From a virus (lineage: Duplodnaviria > Caudoviricetes): a stretch of 35,221 nucleotides of DNA. The position numbers and the translations under genes are program-made. Location: positions 1 through 35,221 of IMG/VR virus record IMGVR_UViG_3300044266_000171. One strand, 5' to 3'. This document shows, one piece after another, positions 14,346-23,763 of this stretch; positions within the stretch are counted from its first letter, which is position 1, and every line of letters starts with the position of its first letter. Below the pieces are notes generated by a model, which searched no databases, was not told the origin of the DNA, and was given only the letters and a program-made list of their open reading frames with translations.

Positions 14346-14791
14346 TGGGAACCGTATATCACGACTATGATGAGAACACTTGGGAATGGGCTGTGTCCCG
14401 CATCATTGTGCATCACGAACTAGAGATGCATAACGGGCAGCGTGCAGTCTACAAAGACCTGTTCCGACAGGGCATGTATCCCACGCTGGCAAGGACAGCG
14501 TGGGCAGAAGTGTTGGACTCAGGTGTGGAATGGACTGGGCCAGATATGATCGCACTGCTTTCTGGTAAGCAGCATGACTATGGTCATGCGAACATTATGG
14601 AGTTCGGTCAGCAAGGTGTGCTGGTACGATTGTGGGATAAGATTGCACGCTACGAAAACCTGATGCGCCGAGGGGTAGACCCTGAGAACGAAACGTTGGT
14701 TGACACGCTGCTGGACATGATCGGGTACTGTATCATCTATCTGATGTTGAAGAACAACACGTTCACTCTGCCGTTGGCAGGTGACCGATGA
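14345..14791 (+). CDS. Nucleotide modification associated domain 1 (DUF1599-like)
   Basis: KQHDYG, VRLWDKIARYENL, ETLVDTLLDMIGY. Confidence 0.82.
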   Translation: MGTVYHDYDENTWEWAVSRIIVHHELEMHNGQRAVYKDLFRQGMYPTLARTAWAEVLDSGVEWTGPDMIALLSGKQHDYGHANIMEFGQQGVLVRLWDKIARYENLMRRGVDPENETLVDTLLDMIGYCIIYLMLKNNTFTLPLAGDR

Positions 14792-15078
14792 TCTATGAGG
14801 ACAGTAACGGCGATATTGTTCATATCCCTGTGACCGAAGTTAAAGGTGAGAAAACGTTGCAGGATGGTTCCACCCGTTTCAAGTTTTTGGGTGGCCCCTA
14901 TCATGACATGGTTTTCAGGGTGTACCCACCGTATGACGAGTTGGTGTGGCCGAACGGTGACACCTATGCGATTCATCCACCGCTAAATTTGAAGCGGTCT
15001 AGTAAGTGGGTGTATGTGTATGATGCTATCAAGTCGAAAGAAAGGAGCGATGGGAATGGAAGAACGGATGCTGCATGA
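14788..15078 (+). CDS. Hypothetical protein
   Basis: ATGA overlap; FLGGPYHD motif. Confidence 0.7.
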   Translation: MIYEDSNGDIVHIPVTEVKGEKTLQDGSTRFKFLGGPYHDMVFRVYPPYDELVWPNGDTYAIHPPLNLKRSSKWVYVYDAIKSKERSDGNGRTDAA

Positions 15079-15265
15079 TGAGGTGCAAGAATGGTTGGGC
15101 ACGAAAGGTGTGTCGTTGTGGGCTAACTGGCTTGTCACGAGTGAGGATGGTATGGCAGAGGCTACTGACTGGTTTGTTGCAGAGTTGCGTGATTTTTGGC
15201 GGCACAGGATGGTTGCTAGAAACTTTTATTCTGACAGAAACACAGTCCAGTTTGATGTTGTATGA
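15056..15265 (+). CDS. Hypothetical protein
   Basis: RBS AAGGAG. Confidence 0.65.
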   Translation: MEERMLHDEVQEWLGTKGVSLWANWLVTSEDGMAEATDWFVAELRDFWRHRMVARNFYSDRNTVQFDVV

Positions 15266-15408
15266 CACGGAAACAGTTGCTTGATTTGTATGATGGGTTG
15301 AAGAAGTTGGAAGGCTTGTTGCAGGAGCATAAGGCTCCTGCTGCTGTTCGCCGTAGGGCACATGAGGCTTTGCTGGCTGTTTCTTGGGAGATAGATTATC
15401 GTGACTGA
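15262..15408 (+). CDS. Small helical protein (48 aa)
   Basis: ATGA overlap; MTRKQLLDLYDGLKKLEGLL...; not in the ORF track. Confidence 0.6.
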   Translation: MTRKQLLDLYDGLKKLEGLLQEHKAPAAVRRRAHEALLAVSWEIDYRD

Positions 15409-15461
15409 CATTCACTGTTTCGACCAGCAAAACTTCACCGTTTCGACCAAGGAGGCCAACC

Positions 15462-15665
15462 GTGGCTGACGACAGCGTGGAACGACTGTGGCATTGGCTG
15501 CATGAGGCTGGTGACTGTGTTTTGTGTGATGCCGCTGACGAGATCGAACGCCTGCGTGCCGCCCTCGCCATTGCCGCTGGGATTCTGTCAACACTCCCGC
15601 AGTACGAAACGTGGCATCCCGAAGCGGTGCTGGGGATGCTCATGCAGGAGGCCGACCGTGGCTAA
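15462..15665 (+). CDS. Hypothetical protein (AADEIERLRA motif)
   Basis: RBS AAGGAGG; flanked by 22-bp near-identical direct repeats. Confidence 0.75.
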   Translation: MADDSVERLWHWLHEAGDCVLCDAADEIERLRAALAIAAGILSTLPQYETWHPEAVLGMLMQEADRG

Positions 15666-15730
15666 CGCTGCACTTTCTGTCTCGCTGGTGCTGCACTTTC
15701 TGTCTTGCTGCCGAACGCAGGAGGCGCGCC

Positions 15731-16069
15731 GTGACTAACAACTGGGAACAATGGTCAGAAGAACATTGGGAACAATGGAACGAAGAAACCCAACACCTCA
15801 AACCGTTAGCAGACAAACTGGAACACAACAACAGCACCTCTAGCATCCCACTAGACACAGCCTGCATCGCATGCGAAATCGAAATCGACGCCAACCTAGT
15901 AGGCGACGTACTCAACGGTATCCGCTTCCTACTGGACTACTGTGATTCGCCAACCACAGGCGAATTCCTACTAGACTTAGGGGCTGCTATCGGTGAAGAA
16001 TATTTGTGTAGCGACCTAGCGTATGATGAGCCGACAGCGGATGCGGCCCAATGGTTTCTGCCAGAATGA
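15731..16069 (+). CDS. Acidic hypothetical protein
   Basis: RBS AGGAGG before GTG 15731; last gene of the + arm. Confidence 0.75.
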   Translation: MTNNWEQWSEEHWEQWNEETQHLKPLADKLEHNNSTSSIPLDTACIACEIEIDANLVGDVLNGIRFLLDYCDSPTTGEFLLDLGAAIGEEYLCSDLAYDEPTADAAQWFLPE

Positions 16070-16070
16070 T

Positions 16071-16244
16071 TCAGAACCCTGCAAGCGGGTCGGTCAGTAC
16101 GATCTGATCTGCCTCAATGTCGGCGGTTGGGAGACTGCTGTCATCCCACATGTAGATACCTTGTTCCGTGATTACGGGGTCACCCAGTAGGGTGGCCCCG
16201 TACATGTATCCTGACCAGTTGTTGATGCTAGACAAAGTTCCCAT
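16071..16244 (-). CDS. Small acidic protein (57 aa) coupled to the fibre gene
   Basis: TAATG overlap with the 792-aa gene; MGTLSSINNWSG...DPLAGF; not in the ORF track. Confidence 0.65.
   Translation of the reverse strand: MGTLSSINNWSGYMYGATLLGDPVITEQGIYMWDDSSLPTADIEADQIVLTDPLAGF
16173..16202 (+). terminator. Hairpin likely terminating the + arm transcript
   Basis: 13-bp stem TACGGGGTCACCC/GGGTGGCCCCGTA; the G.U pair forms only on the + strand. Confidence 0.5.
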
Positions 16245-18622
16245 TACGCCGTCCCATAGAGTTTACAGATTGCTGCAACATCGGTAGCAGTCAACGCCTT
16301 CGGAATGACTGCCACTGCCACCAGTTCAAAGTCGTTGTAGGCACCACCAGCAGCACCTCGGCCGATGGCGAGCGGCTGGTCGGATGCGACCGAGCCGACA
16401 GTACGGACAACACCAGAGAATGCGGTAGTGTTGTTATACAATGTGGGTGCAACGCCGACCACGTTGTTGACGAACGTCAATACTTCCAACGCCCCAGCGG
16501 TGGAGGTTGGTACAGCGTTGAACTGTGAAGTCAACGCATCACTGTTCAACGCGATGCCTGATTGGATTGGTGTGCCGAAACCGTTACGGATGTTAAACCC
16601 TGACTGGCCGCCCCATTTAGAGATGTGTGATGCTGAGGCAGGGAATGTTGCCCAACCTCGGCGTACAACAACAATGCTGAACGGGTCGTTCGGCCCGAAG
16701 TTGCACGGGTTAGCGTTCACAATGCTACAGTTTGTCAACTGCCATGTGTTGCGATAGAAATCGGTGTATGCTCCGCCAGAAGCAGAATGACCATATGCCG
16801 CCCAGTCTGCGATTACTGGCCCACCTATAGCGGAACGCACAATGATGCGCTTGTGCAACAGATTAGTATACAGAGCAAAAGTTATGTTGGCCGTATTCGC
16901 AGCAATACGGCCAGCAGCATTGGTAGACGAACTGATCGTTGTCCAGACAGAAGGTTCTGTAGTCTGATCGGCGGCATAATAAAATGTGATTACGCCTGTA
17001 GTGGAATCGCGAGTGACCTTAAACCAATACCAAGAGTTTTCGGTCAAAGCAGGGATTGCTGAAATAGCGGAAACCAAAGTTGTTGGAGCGGCTTCGGTCG
17101 AGAATCCCAGTCCAAGTCTACCAGTAGTGAGAAGTTGCACAAACCAACCACCTGTAGAATATGGGTGAGAAACAATTACCCTATCACTTGATGCGGTACT
17201 CCAAGTGCAACGCATAACGATCTCGCAGTCAGCATCAAAGTTTCCATTCGACTCAACAACATATGTTGAAGTCGCATCTGGAATAGTTGCCCATGCAGCA
17301 GTGACAGTCAACTGTGTTGCAGTGTTAGAAGCGATGCGTCGAACCTGTCCTGCCCCAGTTCCCCCAGTGATTCTGACAGAAATGTTAGCGTATGTGTTCA
17401 CTGTCCAAGTTTGGGTTGTATCATCCAGAGTTGTTGCCGCTCCCGCAGTAGCGGTGCTAGTAATAAATGCGGTATACAAACTTCTAGCGTATGCAGTCCC
17501 AGTCAGATTTGAAGAAAGGTATGCCCCATTAGGGTCGGCAGCAACCTCCATATAGTCATCCGTACCAAACAGCCACACAGGACGAACAACAGCCACACTC
17601 TTTCTGCCAGAAAGCGCACGGTTAATTGTGATGGTTGCTGCGTTCACCGATGATTCGGTGAACGAGGTTTGACCACCAGAAGTGATACCAGTCGTGAAGT
17701 CGGCATCCAATACGGTGGTGCCACCGATACCGTTGCGAATGATCGCACGATAAAACCCTCCGTTGAACACCGAACTTCCAGCAGCGAACGCACCAATATG
17801 CAAAGGCTGAACACTAGCACCGATAGAAGTCACCCCGACACCAGCAGCAGGTTGAGACATCGCAGTCCACGTTGTTGGCACCGACACAGAATCAGGTGCC
17901 CAATAGAACGACACCTGATGCCCGCTCGCCCCGTTGTCAACATCCAACACGGCACGCAACCAGTAGGTTTTACCTGCAACCATACCAGCAGCCCACACGG
18001 TATTGCCCGACGAGAAGAACGCTTCCGCTGTTCCCGTACTCCAACGCAACGTCATTGCGCCTGGACTTTGCAGATACCACCAGTAACCACCAGAAGTCGC
18101 AGTTGTCTGGTTGCTCATAATGCCGTTGAATGTCCCCGTGCTGTCGATTGATACACGAGCCAACAGTTCGATGTCGCCTGTGATTTGCAAAGGTGCGGTG
18201 GTAGGGGTGGTTGCATCATTATTGTTGACAGCAGGCAGGTATAGATAGTTGGTGCCCGAATGGGGCAGCAACACAGGGTCATTCGTATCCACACCCGTAG
18301 CAGAACCCAAACGGGCATCCATGTTCGCACCGTCACCAAAGTTCTTCACCGACTGGGTGGCCGCATTCGTACTGGAAGCATCCAACCAGAGCGACGAAGC
18401 CACCAACGGGCCACCCGACCAGTACGCGTAAGCAGCATCAGCATAGTTGCTGATGCCAGTAGCGTTCGTATAGAAATCAATCAACTGGTAACCCCACGCC
18501 GTAGGGGTTTCTTGCTGCCAACGCAAAAACACATCCTCAACATTTTGGGCAGCAGCAGTCACAGCATACCGCTGTGCCAGCCGCTCCCAAATCCAATCAG
18601 TCGTCGTATAACTCAAAGCCAT
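16244..18622 (-). CDS. Tail fibre/receptor-binding protein with concanavalin A/LamG-like beta-sandwich domains
   Basis: 792 aa, Thr/Gly/Ala/Trp-rich; two similar lectin-like modules; RBS AAGGAG. Confidence 0.75.
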   Translation of the reverse strand: MALSYTTTDWIWERLAQRYAVTAAAQNVEDVFLRWQQETPTAWGYQLIDFYTNATGISNYADAAYAYWSGGPLVASSLWLDASSTNAATQSVKNFGDGANMDARLGSATGVDTNDPVLLPHSGTNYLYLPAVNNNDATTPTTAPLQITGDIELLARVSIDSTGTFNGIMSNQTTATSGGYWWYLQSPGAMTLRWSTGTAEAFFSSGNTVWAAGMVAGKTYWLRAVLDVDNGASGHQVSFYWAPDSVSVPTTWTAMSQPAAGVGVTSIGASVQPLHIGAFAAGSSVFNGGFYRAIIRNGIGGTTVLDADFTTGITSGGQTSFTESSVNAATITINRALSGRKSVAVVRPVWLFGTDDYMEVAADPNGAYLSSNLTGTAYARSLYTAFITSTATAGAATTLDDTTQTWTVNTYANISVRITGGTGAGQVRRIASNTATQLTVTAAWATIPDATSTYVVESNGNFDADCEIVMRCTWSTASSDRVIVSHPYSTGGWFVQLLTTGRLGLGFSTEAAPTTLVSAISAIPALTENSWYWFKVTRDSTTGVITFYYAADQTTEPSVWTTISSSTNAAGRIAANTANITFALYTNLLHKRIIVRSAIGGPVIADWAAYGHSASGGAYTDFYRNTWQLTNCSIVNANPCNFGPNDPFSIVVVRRGWATFPASASHISKWGGQSGFNIRNGFGTPIQSGIALNSDALTSQFNAVPTSTAGALEVLTFVNNVVGVAPTLYNNTTAFSGVVRTVGSVASDQPLAIGRGAAGGAYNDFELVAVAVIPKALTATDVAAICKLYGTA

Positions 18623-18755
18623 GTCGCTTCACCATCTCCTTAAACTTTCTGCCAGAAAGATTCCCACCAGCATACAAACCACACGACGGACACACATTAC
18701 GGCACGCAACCGTAGGGAACTGTTCCCCACAGTTCACACACTCAACCTCATCCAC
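18597..18755 (-). CDS. Small zinc-ribbon protein (52 aa)
   Basis: CVNC...CPSC; fills the gap between endolysin and fibre genes; weak RBS. Confidence 0.5.
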   Translation of the reverse strand: MDEVECVNCGEQFPTVACRNVCPSCGLYAGGNLSGRKFKEMVKRHGFELYDD

Positions 18756-18761
18756 ACCCGA

Positions 18762-19274
18762 TCACCGAGGCCACATCGTCAACTTCTCACCATTATATTT
18801 CGACCGAGAGTTCGGCAACTCCACAGGCTGAACATGCCACAGTTCACCAGCAACAGAAAACTCTTTCAAACCGAACCTGCCACAATTCAACCGCATCCAA
18901 TTCAAATCGCCAATCAGATCGGCAGCCACACCAAACCCCTCGTAGGCTCCTTCTTCATGGTACGACAAGAACGGGGGTGCAGCATGAGCGGCACCCTTAC
19001 GCAAAGCATAACGCTTACCGTTATATTTGCAGCAGCCACCAATCAACACCTGCTCATGACGGGCAAGAAACAACGTTTCCTGCCCGCTGACAGAACGGGC
19101 GCCACCACCGATACCAAGATCGGTGCCAGCCTTCTTAGCAGCATCAAACATGGCGATCAGACGGTTACGGAACTCGGGATGCAACATAAACCATTGCCAC
19201 CGCTTATTCAACTCTGCCAACGTCAACAGCGACGCAGGCTTCTGATACCCGTACATGTAAACCGTATCCATCAT
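18762..19274 (-). CDS. Endolysin, peptidase M15 family
   Basis: RS..GQ..LF, AAPP..SYH, AADL, ELWHVQ. Confidence 0.82.
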   Translation of the reverse strand: MMDTVYMYGYQKPASLLTLAELNKRWQWFMLHPEFRNRLIAMFDAAKKAGTDLGIGGGARSVSGQETLFLARHEQVLIGGCCKYNGKRYALRKGAAHAAPPFLSYHEEGAYEGFGVAADLIGDLNWMRLNCGRFGLKEFSVAGELWHVQPVELPNSRSKYNGEKLTMWPR

Positions 19275-19597
19275 ACCTCAATCTGTAAAGTGGTTTTCTT
19301 TTTAGCAGGTTTCGTAACTTTCAAATCGACATCAACCACCATGTTAAACAACGTTTCCTGCGACTGACACAAACCATCAACCCTATCGTTAATCCGTTGG
19401 AACCCTTGCTCCGCCATATCCCGATGCAACTGGATAGTGTCCAACATCACATTCTGCCGATCCTGAATCGCCAACAAATGTGAAGTCTGTTCCTCATGCT
19501 GACTGGTAGAGGAACGGCGCGAAGCCCGCACCGTAACAATCACACCAAACAACGTTGCCACACCAGTGATAACAGCAGCCAACACGGTTTCCATCAT
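19271..19597 (-). CDS. Membrane-anchored coiled-coil protein (lysis-associated)
   Basis: N-terminal TM helix; directly upstream of the endolysin. Confidence 0.7.
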   Translation of the reverse strand: MMETVLAAVITGVATLFGVIVTVRASRRSSTSQHEEQTSHLLAIQDRQNVMLDTIQLHRDMAEQGFQRINDRVDGLCQSQETLFNMVVDVDLKVTKPAKKKTTLQIEV

Positions 19598-22500
19598 GCA
19601 CCAAACCCGAGACTGGCCTGCAACCTAGCCTGATTCTTAGCCTCCTGCTGGCGGCGCAACAGTTCACCACGTTGCGCCCTAGCATCCAACGGGCGGGTAC
19701 CGATACCAGTCAACCATGACACAAACGCCTGACCAGAGAAACCGCCACCCTCACCCGCAGGCATCAGACGAGACAACTGCCCCGTTGTCGGAATCAGCGA
19801 CTGCAACGCATTCGCATAACTAGCCTTCATCATCGGAGTACCATCAGCCGCCTTAGCGAACACATCGGTCGGCAGATCGCCACCCACAGCAGCGATAGCC
19901 TGCTGAAACCCGACAGGCACAGGAACATACTGATCCTTAAACGGAATACCTGTATACAACGACTTGCCAGTCAACGCTTCCAACGGCACCTTAATCAAAG
20001 GTGACGTTTGAGACAACAACTCGCTCCAACGAGAAGGATCAGTAATCTGCGAAACCTTATTCGGGAACAACGTCATCGGCAGATCGGTAAACAGATACTG
20101 CGGATTAGCACCACCTGTCAGGCGGATAGCACCAGCCTGCGTGAAATATCGGGGAACGACATTCGGGTCGTTCCCATCCATTTCCATGTTGCGCTTAAAG
20201 TTACCAACCAGCCTGTTGTAGCGTGCAGCGTTACGCACAAACGTTTGTGACTGCAACGCCAGATCGCGTGAGAAGAACGTCCAGAACGGCATAATCATCT
20301 TAGCCTTCTGATCCCACGATCCGATGTCGGTATAGTTGAAATGCCATTTGTTCACAATCTGCTGTGCCAAATCCATATTCCCACCCGAGCGTTCCAGCAC
20401 TGCGTACGCATGTGCGCCACGCACATGATCCTCAATCCAAGAACCCGCATCACGGCTCTTACGGAACAGTTTGTTGTTCGTATCAAACGGGTTCAAACTG
20501 CCCTTACCCAAAGACGACAGAGCGTTCACCGATTCAACCTGACCTGCACCAGAACCATACATGACCTGCAACGCCTGATCCAAACGGCCCGCACGCTCAG
20601 CACCAAACTTTGCGACAGCAGCATCCATATAGTTCTCAGGGTTCTTATCAACCATTCTGTAGAATTCGTGCCAATCTTTCAACGCCCCAACAGTAGCAGC
20701 CCCACCCTCCAAATACATGTTGACCATCGCACTATAGGCGTTACGCACATGGAAACCAGGTCGCAACGTAGCATAACCCTTGAACAGTGCAACATACTTT
20801 TCCATCCACACAGGCATCTTAGAAATATCGTTCATAATGTGTGAAGCAGTGGTTGCTTCAAACAGCCATGAAGCCATCTGTGTCTGCTCACCGATAGCGG
20901 TCATACCGCTACCGACTCGCATGACGGTTTCTTGCAAAAACTTTTTATCCTTTGCAATCTTAATCATATCCGACAACGTTCCGATACTGTCACCCATTTC
21001 GGCTGCAACAAAATCGGTGTTCGAAGCCAACGCTTCAAACTGTGCAAGGAACCGCATCTCGGGCGGAGCCGCAGGATCAGCAACAACTTTCAACAAGGTT
21101 TCCATCCTAGTTTTCAACTCGTTCTGCAACCTCAACGTCACCGTCTGATCCTTCGACAACGCAGGAACCTTACCCAACGAATCCAAACGTGCCTGCACAT
21201 CAGTCAACATCCCATTCAACCAGCGGGTAACATGCTGGCTGTCAGCAACCGCAGCCAGATGAGCATTTACCGCAGTATTAACATCATCCTTAGCAGCCTT
21301 AGCAGACAAGTTCAACTGTTTCACAACAGAGTTAGCACGCTGCACCGTAGCGTCTGCGCTACGGCCTGTAGCCAAAATAGTGTTCTGCTGTTCAGCACTC
21401 AGGTTGCCGATCACATCGGCAAACCCTTTCATCTGCTCGCTCAAAGCAGCCTTCTCAGCCTCCAACGAAGCCTGACGGGTCATCAACGATTCCCGTGCCT
21501 GCACCATCGGACGGGTACGTTCAGCCATCTGACGCACAGGAACATCCATCTGAGCAACCTGCTTGATCTGCACACCCAACTGTTTCGCCTCACCAACAAC
21601 AGCACGCTGCTCCCTGCTCAAAACAGCAACCTGCTTCTTAGCATCGTTCATAGCAACAACAGCCTGTGCCCGTGCATCACCCTTAAACGCTGCAACATCC
21701 TTCTTGGCGGCAGCCAAATTCTTTCTGGCAGAATCCAACTTAGCAACAATCGCATCATGCTTCGCCTGCACCCTAACAGTAGTCGCCTCAATCTTCGACA
21801 ACTCTGCCTCAACCTCACGCAACCGCACACGCAACTTTGTAGCCTGACTAGACAACATCTCTTTCGCCTGCTTGATGGTGTCACGCCGCAACGTGGCACC
21901 ATTACGCAACACCACCTGCTGCTCACCCACCGCCTGATCGCGCAACACACGCAACCGTTCGGCCTCTTTCACCCAAGACTTGTCAGGATTCAACTTTGAG
22001 ACAACTGTCTCAATCTTGGATTGCACCATACCGAAATGTTCCAACTGCTGAACAGTCTTAGCACGCTGAATCGCAGTCTCCATGCTGCGAACATACTTCG
22101 GCATAATAACCTGCAAGTTATCTTCAAACAGGTTCACACCAAACTTTTCACGGAACAAACCATTGATCTCCTCAATAGTTCCCTCCTCCAAAGCAGGCTT
22201 ATCCAAAAATGGTGAACCCTTCTTCAACGACCTAAACTTTTGGAAACCCTGCTCGTCACGCAACGACTCAAAAATCTTGCGAACCTCAGCATTCTTCTGA
22301 GCCAACCCGCGAGCCTTGTCGGTCACAATGTGAGGCACATAGCCCTCACCAAGATCGCCCATCTGCACACCAGCAGCAACACCATCCTCGCGGATAGTTT
22401 TCAACTCTGTACGACCAACATCTTCCAACGCACCAGTGCCACCCTTCTCAATGCTGTGAGTCGCTGCAATAGCAGCATCCTCACTAGCACGAGTCCAAGC

Positions 22501-23763
22501 AGGCGCGCCAGCAGTCTCAGCAGCCTTCGTAGCCACCTTGTCCACAGCACCCTCAGCGTCACGGACAACACCACCAAAGTTTTGGATAACACGACGCATA
22601 GTCAAACCACGCCAAGTACGGGCATCACGCAACGGCTGCTCCAAACCCTGAGAAGCAATCAACGCAACAGCCCGCTCCCCCATCGGACGGGCAGTATCAA
22701 ACACCACCTTCATCAAACCTTTGCGTTCAGCAGAAGTAAACCCTGCACGGAACGTCTGCCCCACAGCAGACGTACGCAAACCATACTTGACACCGCCTTT
22801 ACTGCCCTCAACAACATCAGCCCACATAGCAGACAACGGTACGGCCTTACCGAACAGGGTGCGCTGCAACTTGCCAACACCCAACTGTTGAGCCACCTCC
22901 GCAGTTATACCAGACTTTGCTAGCGCACGCGTAGTGAATGCACCGTTGCCACGCAACTGTGCATCAACCAGCAACCTGTTAATAGCCTCATCAGTAAATC
23001 CGCCACCCTCTTTCATGGCGAACCCTGCTGCTTCGGCAGACTTGCGGACAGCAGCAGCAATGTTCTTCGACCCGCCCTCACGGATAGCGGCATGCAACGC
23101 ATCCTCAGCCAACTGTTCAGCAGCGGACTTTACAACAACTTTCGTACCCTGCTTCATAGCGGTACCCATACCGCCAGCAATTACCATCGTCGGATCGGTA
23201 GCAAGATCGCCAGCAAATCCTACAGCACGCTTAACCCAAATGTTGCGGTCGGGAGCAATCTGATTATAGTAATCGCCCATACCCTTGTGCTGTTTCGCCT
23301 GTGTCCAAAAATCTTTCCACTCGAAACCGCCAGCAGCACCACTATCAACCAGATACTTGTTATACTCGTCAGCAGTACGCTGCTTAATCAACCAGTCAGG
23401 CATATGACCACCAGTGCCCATCCATCGGGCAACACCCGATGAAGCCCAAGCATCATTAACCTCTTTCACCATCGAAGCCACATACGCCCTAGGGGTATCA
23501 ACCCAATGCAACACCTTCATCAAACCATTACCCAAACCGCTAAACACCTGCTCCACAGCAGAAGGAGCCTCCACCCTAGAACCATCAGGATTAGCCTTGC
23601 CCTCAGAAATCAGTTTGTCCAACACAGGACGATAATCTGTATAGCCCTTAGGTAGCCCAGTAGCAGCAGAAGGTGCAGGCTTACCCACCATCCCAGTCGG
23701 AGACTGGGACTGTTGAGGATTGCCAAACAGTTTCGACAAAGCAGAATAATCTGTAGCCATCAC
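19594..23763 (-). CDS. Large internal virion/ejection protein
   Basis: 1389 aa, helical with central coiled coil; PGFHVRN and MPFWTF motifs; podoviral gene position. Confidence 0.75.
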   Translation of the reverse strand: MMATDYSALSKLFGNPQQSQSPTGMVGKPAPSAATGLPKGYTDYRPVLDKLISEGKANPDGSRVEAPSAVEQVFSGLGNGLMKVLHWVDTPRAYVASMVKEVNDAWASSGVARWMGTGGHMPDWLIKQRTADEYNKYLVDSGAAGGFEWKDFWTQAKQHKGMGDYYNQIAPDRNIWVKRAVGFAGDLATDPTMVIAGGMGTAMKQGTKVVVKSAAEQLAEDALHAAIREGGSKNIAAAVRKSAEAAGFAMKEGGGFTDEAINRLLVDAQLRGNGAFTTRALAKSGITAEVAQQLGVGKLQRTLFGKAVPLSAMWADVVEGSKGGVKYGLRTSAVGQTFRAGFTSAERKGLMKVVFDTARPMGERAVALIASQGLEQPLRDARTWRGLTMRRVIQNFGGVVRDAEGAVDKVATKAAETAGAPAWTRASEDAAIAATHSIEKGGTGALEDVGRTELKTIREDGVAAGVQMGDLGEGYVPHIVTDKARGLAQKNAEVRKIFESLRDEQGFQKFRSLKKGSPFLDKPALEEGTIEEINGLFREKFGVNLFEDNLQVIMPKYVRSMETAIQRAKTVQQLEHFGMVQSKIETVVSKLNPDKSWVKEAERLRVLRDQAVGEQQVVLRNGATLRRDTIKQAKEMLSSQATKLRVRLREVEAELSKIEATTVRVQAKHDAIVAKLDSARKNLAAAKKDVAAFKGDARAQAVVAMNDAKKQVAVLSREQRAVVGEAKQLGVQIKQVAQMDVPVRQMAERTRPMVQARESLMTRQASLEAEKAALSEQMKGFADVIGNLSAEQQNTILATGRSADATVQRANSVVKQLNLSAKAAKDDVNTAVNAHLAAVADSQHVTRWLNGMLTDVQARLDSLGKVPALSKDQTVTLRLQNELKTRMETLLKVVADPAAPPEMRFLAQFEALASNTDFVAAEMGDSIGTLSDMIKIAKDKKFLQETVMRVGSGMTAIGEQTQMASWLFEATTASHIMNDISKMPVWMEKYVALFKGYATLRPGFHVRNAYSAMVNMYLEGGAATVGALKDWHEFYRMVDKNPENYMDAAVAKFGAERAGRLDQALQVMYGSGAGQVESVNALSSLGKGSLNPFDTNNKLFRKSRDAGSWIEDHVRGAHAYAVLERSGGNMDLAQQIVNKWHFNYTDIGSWDQKAKMIMPFWTFFSRDLALQSQTFVRNAARYNRLVGNFKRNMEMDGNDPNVVPRYFTQAGAIRLTGGANPQYLFTDLPMTLFPNKVSQITDPSRWSELLSQTSPLIKVPLEALTGKSLYTGIPFKDQYVPVPVGFQQAIAAVGGDLPTDVFAKAADGTPMMKASYANALQSLIPTTGQLSRLMPAGEGGGFSGQAFVSWLTGIGTRPLDARAQRGELLRRQQEAKNQARLQASLGFGA

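Noticed and set aside
19594-23763. Siphoviral tape measure protein
   Set aside because: No major tail or tail-assembly-chaperone genes; adaptor, nozzle and preceding small helical genes indicate a podoviral ejection protein
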